Positions 61,576 through 64,000 of a stretch of 64,000 nt of DNA are shown here, in pieces (within the stretch, counting starts at the first letter, position 1; every line of letters starts with the position of its first letter). The position numbers and the translations under genes are program-made. The notes beneath the pieces were generated by a model, which worked only from the letters and a program-made list of their open reading frames with translations, had not been told where the DNA came from and searched no databases. Origin of the DNA: a virus (Duplodnaviria; Caudoviricetes); IMG/VR virus record IMGVR_UViG_3300022591_000002; one strand, 5' to 3'.

Positions 61576-63759
61576 TTAACTTCCGTTTCTAAATTTAATA
61601 ATTGGTAGTAGAGCAACGTTACGTGGTCTAACTTCATTTGCTGTACCTGCTGACTCTGTTCTGTTTTTAATTGTCCAAATAGTGTTGTCATTTGTACCAC
61701 CATCATTATAACTGGTGTCATTAATAGGTTGTACATAAGCACCATAACCTGCTTCTGGTTCTGCTTGCCCTAAGGCGTTACGTGCTGGGTAACCATAACT
61801 GCCATCTAAGTTTCTGCTTCCAGTAATTGGGTTAGATGCATCAGATTGTATTAACCATACGTCATCAATCAAGTGAGTATGGTTGCCGATATCACCAGTT
61901 TGGAATGATCCTAGGTTACGTCCGATATCAACTCCTCGACCTAAGTCAACACCTCTAATAAATTCACCCAACAAGTTAGGAATTTTAAATGTATTGCCTG
62001 CGCCGCCGTATGTATAACCAACAGCCGCAAATAATTCTGGGTATGAAGTGGTTACTAGTGAACTTCCATCGCACACTAAGTATCCGCCAGGTGCAGTAGA
62101 ACCGGCATGGTGCATAATTGTACCTGCAGGAACTGCTGTAAAGCCACTAAGTGCTGTGTTTAATGCTCTAGTCAATGCATCTATTTGATTTTGTAAATCG
62201 CTATATCTGTTGTCAACGTAGGTTTTAACGGCATGTTGAGTCGGCAATCTTGATGCTAGATTACCTGTTAATGCAACATCATCGTCAAACTGTGTCACTA
62301 TGTTGTTAACGCTGTCAGTAATAGAAACTAAATTTGCAGTTAAGGCGTTAGTTTGGACTGTTCTACTGATCACATCTCCAGCATTAAGAGATCTCCATGT
62401 ATTACCAGGGGCACCTAAGTTGTAACTTAGGTCATCGCTTGGAAGCATGTCTCCTTTAACTGACCAAGAACCAATTAGGTTACCTGGATTATTAAGACCT
62501 GCACTAAATGTTCTAGCATTAACTGTGTCAAAACGTTGAGTTGAATTACCTAAGTTATTTGAATAGTCTGCATTAGGAACGATTGTTGCATTTGTATCTA
62601 ATTTCCAGTTACCTGCAATATCACCAATTTGTGATCCTGAATCAATAGCACCAGTATAAACTTTATTAAAACGTAGTACACTAGTTCCTAAGGTGTTACC
62701 TAAGTCAGCAAAAGGTGCAATTAAACTGTTATTAGTTAATTGCCAGTTACCTTCAATGGTGCCGTTGGCAATTGCCGATCCTGCACTTAGTTCTAGACTG
62801 TAAACATTTTTCCATACGTTATTTGAATTACCTAATTGTTGACGATTATAGTTTGCAGGAATAATACCTTCTTGCAATACTTGAGCTACTTTATTTGCAC
62901 CATCGTTAACAAACAAACTCATGCCCGGACCATATGCATTAACAATTAGATTGTCATTAATGTCATTGTTAAGTGTGGATGCATTTCTACCTATTGTTAC
63001 GCCCGATTGGAATGACCATAGGCTAGCAATAGTTTCAGTTTGATCACGCTGTGGGTATGTTGTATCTAATAAATTTGGAATACCGTATAGTGCAACATCA
63101 GTACTTGTAGTAACATGACGGTTAGCAATATTGTAATTTTTAAATGTAATACCTCTGTAGACATTTGGAAAACCGCTAGCAACTAGTGTAGCAGTTGACG
63201 CAAATGTTCTTTGAGAGAATATTGCCATTGCTTCGCCGTTGATAATCAATTCAACGACTGGGTGATTTGTACCTGTGCTGTCAGCTACCGCAGTAGAACG
63301 CATCTTAGTTTCTAAGAAACCTGGAACACGCTCTGGACCAATTAATTGATATCCTGTGCTTGTAGTAGCGATATATAGTTGACGGTCGTCACTCTTATAC
63401 CAGAAGTCTCCTGGCTGACTAGCGGCTACAGGAGCACCGCCTGCTCTTTGATTAATAGTTGTATCGGTAGAAGTTGTACTGTACAACATTGTACCAAGCG
63501 GGCGCCAATTAGTATTATCGTATACCATTGGACGTAACACGCTAGCAGAATTGTCAAACCAAATTTGTCCCTGTATTGGATTCAAAGGACTTTGTACATC
63601 AGAAAAATGTTCTAGCATCCATACAAAGTTATCGTTTTGATATTGTCCAAATCCGGAAACATTCTTTCCAATAAGATTTAAGGTAGTAGTGTTATCTATT
63701 TGCCCATCAGGAATAGATGTTAGTAGTGTGTTATTTGTTAATCTTATTAGATATGACAT
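61576..63759 (-). CDS. short-tail-fibre-like protein with tail-collar domain
   Basis: Same N-terminal module as the 59470 gene; internal LG....RF..V repeats; VPAGTI...PGGYLVCDGS...YPELFAAVG...F.IPNL.GEFIRG collar. Confidence 0.82.
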   Translation of the reverse strand: MSYLIRLTNNTLLTSIPDGQIDNTTTLNLIGKNVSGFGQYQNDNFVWMLEHFSDVQSPLNPIQGQIWFDNSASVLRPMVYDNTNWRPLGTMLYSTTSTDTTINQRAGGAPVAASQPGDFWYKSDDRQLYIATTSTGYQLIGPERVPGFLETKMRSTAVADSTGTNHPVVELIINGEAMAIFSQRTFASTATLVASGFPNVYRGITFKNYNIANRHVTTSTDVALYGIPNLLDTTYPQRDQTETIASLWSFQSGVTIGRNASTLNNDINDNLIVNAYGPGMSLFVNDGANKVAQVLQEGIIPANYNRQQLGNSNNVWKNVYSLELSAGSAIANGTIEGNWQLTNNSLIAPFADLGNTLGTSVLRFNKVYTGAIDSGSQIGDIAGNWKLDTNATIVPNADYSNNLGNSTQRFDTVNARTFSAGLNNPGNLIGSWSVKGDMLPSDDLSYNLGAPGNTWRSLNAGDVISRTVQTNALTANLVSITDSVNNIVTQFDDDVALTGNLASRLPTQHAVKTYVDNRYSDLQNQIDALTRALNTALSGFTAVPAGTIMHHAGSTAPGGYLVCDGSSLVTTSYPELFAAVGYTYGGAGNTFKIPNLLGEFIRGVDLGRGVDIGRNLGSFQTGDIGNHTHLIDDVWLIQSDASNPITGSRNLDGSYGYPARNALGQAEPEAGYGAYVQPINDTSYNDGGTNDNTIWTIKNRTESAGTANEVRPRNVALLPIIKFRNGS

Positions 63760-63769
63760 TTAGTGTTCC

Positions 63770-64000
63770 TTAAGCGATTGGGTTAGCTGGATCTGCTACC
63801 CAAGTTGAACCCGATACATAGTATCTGTAGATGTGTTGTACGCAAACTGGTTGTTGATTTGGCTGTGTAGCAACTGTAATACCTGGAGTTCCGTACAATA
63901 CTGATTGACTGTTTTGTACACCGCCCTTGTCAACGCTTACATACTGACCAGAGAATGTAACGTTAGTCAATAGTGACGGTATGATATAGTTTAGTGTGTT
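63770..64000 (-). CDS. 3' end of a structural gene continuing beyond the window
   Basis: Frame stays open from 63970 to the window edge; ends ...YYVSGSTWVADPANPIA*. Confidence 0.6.
   Translation of the reverse strand, partial: NTLNYIIPSLLTNVTFSGQYVSVDKGGVQNSQSVLYGTPGITVATQPNQQPVCVQHIYRYYVSGSTWVADPANPIA

Noticed and set aside
3901-63759. Diversity-generating retroelement or invertible tail-fibre cassette
   Set aside because: No reverse transcriptase or invertase ORF was seen, and the shared tail modules are diverged paralogs, not near-identical TR/VR pairs differing at adenines.
1-64000. Stop-codon reassignment (as in some large phages)
   Set aside because: Long genes (2619, 1105, 890 aa) are intact in code 11 and ORFs tile densely with TAA/TGA/TAG stops; no recognisable gene is interrupted by in-frame stops.
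1-64000. tRNA, rRNA, tmRNA or CRISPR arrays
   Set aside because: Intergenic gaps are short, and none shows a cloverleaf with T-loop/CCA or regularly spaced direct repeats.

Overview
This window is part of a large dsDNA myovirus-type (T4-like superclade) phage genome, AT-rich, read in standard genetic code 11. Spanins and HldE-like genes point to a Gram-negative host (inference). It contains baseplate and tail-fibre genes (3.9-16.9 kb; 59.5-64 kb on the minus strand), a lysis cassette (spanins, holin) and a proteostasis set (GroES, DnaJ, Def, ClpA, MoxR-vWA). It also has a block of probable internal head proteins (29-35 kb), replication genes (PolB, sliding clamp, clamp loader, RNase H-like exonuclease, a DnaE fragment) and auxiliary genes (UvdE, SOD, PhoH). 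A 7-deazaguanine DNA-modification pathway is present (QueD, FolE, QueE, DpdA-type transglycosylase, a QueD paralog with LxxxHRHxF); no QueC was seen in the window. The strongest leads are four. (1) GCWGC appears to be absent from all 64 kb, with Ala-Ala pairs recoded to GCC/GCG-GCN, alongside a solitary restriction-endonuclease-like ORF. (2) The dpdA cluster physically includes a GT-B glycosyltransferase and a nucleotide-sugar dehydrogenase, suggesting a possibly glycosylated 7-deazaguanine DNA base. (3) A 1105-aa protein fuses three unrelated nucleotidyl-transfer folds and carries head-protease-like cleavage sites. (4) There is a rich hairpin-based regulatory layer, including tandem GCCAUAA-loop hairpins before PolB. 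All family assignments come from motif recognition by eye, without database searches. No tRNA, rRNA or CRISPR array was seen.
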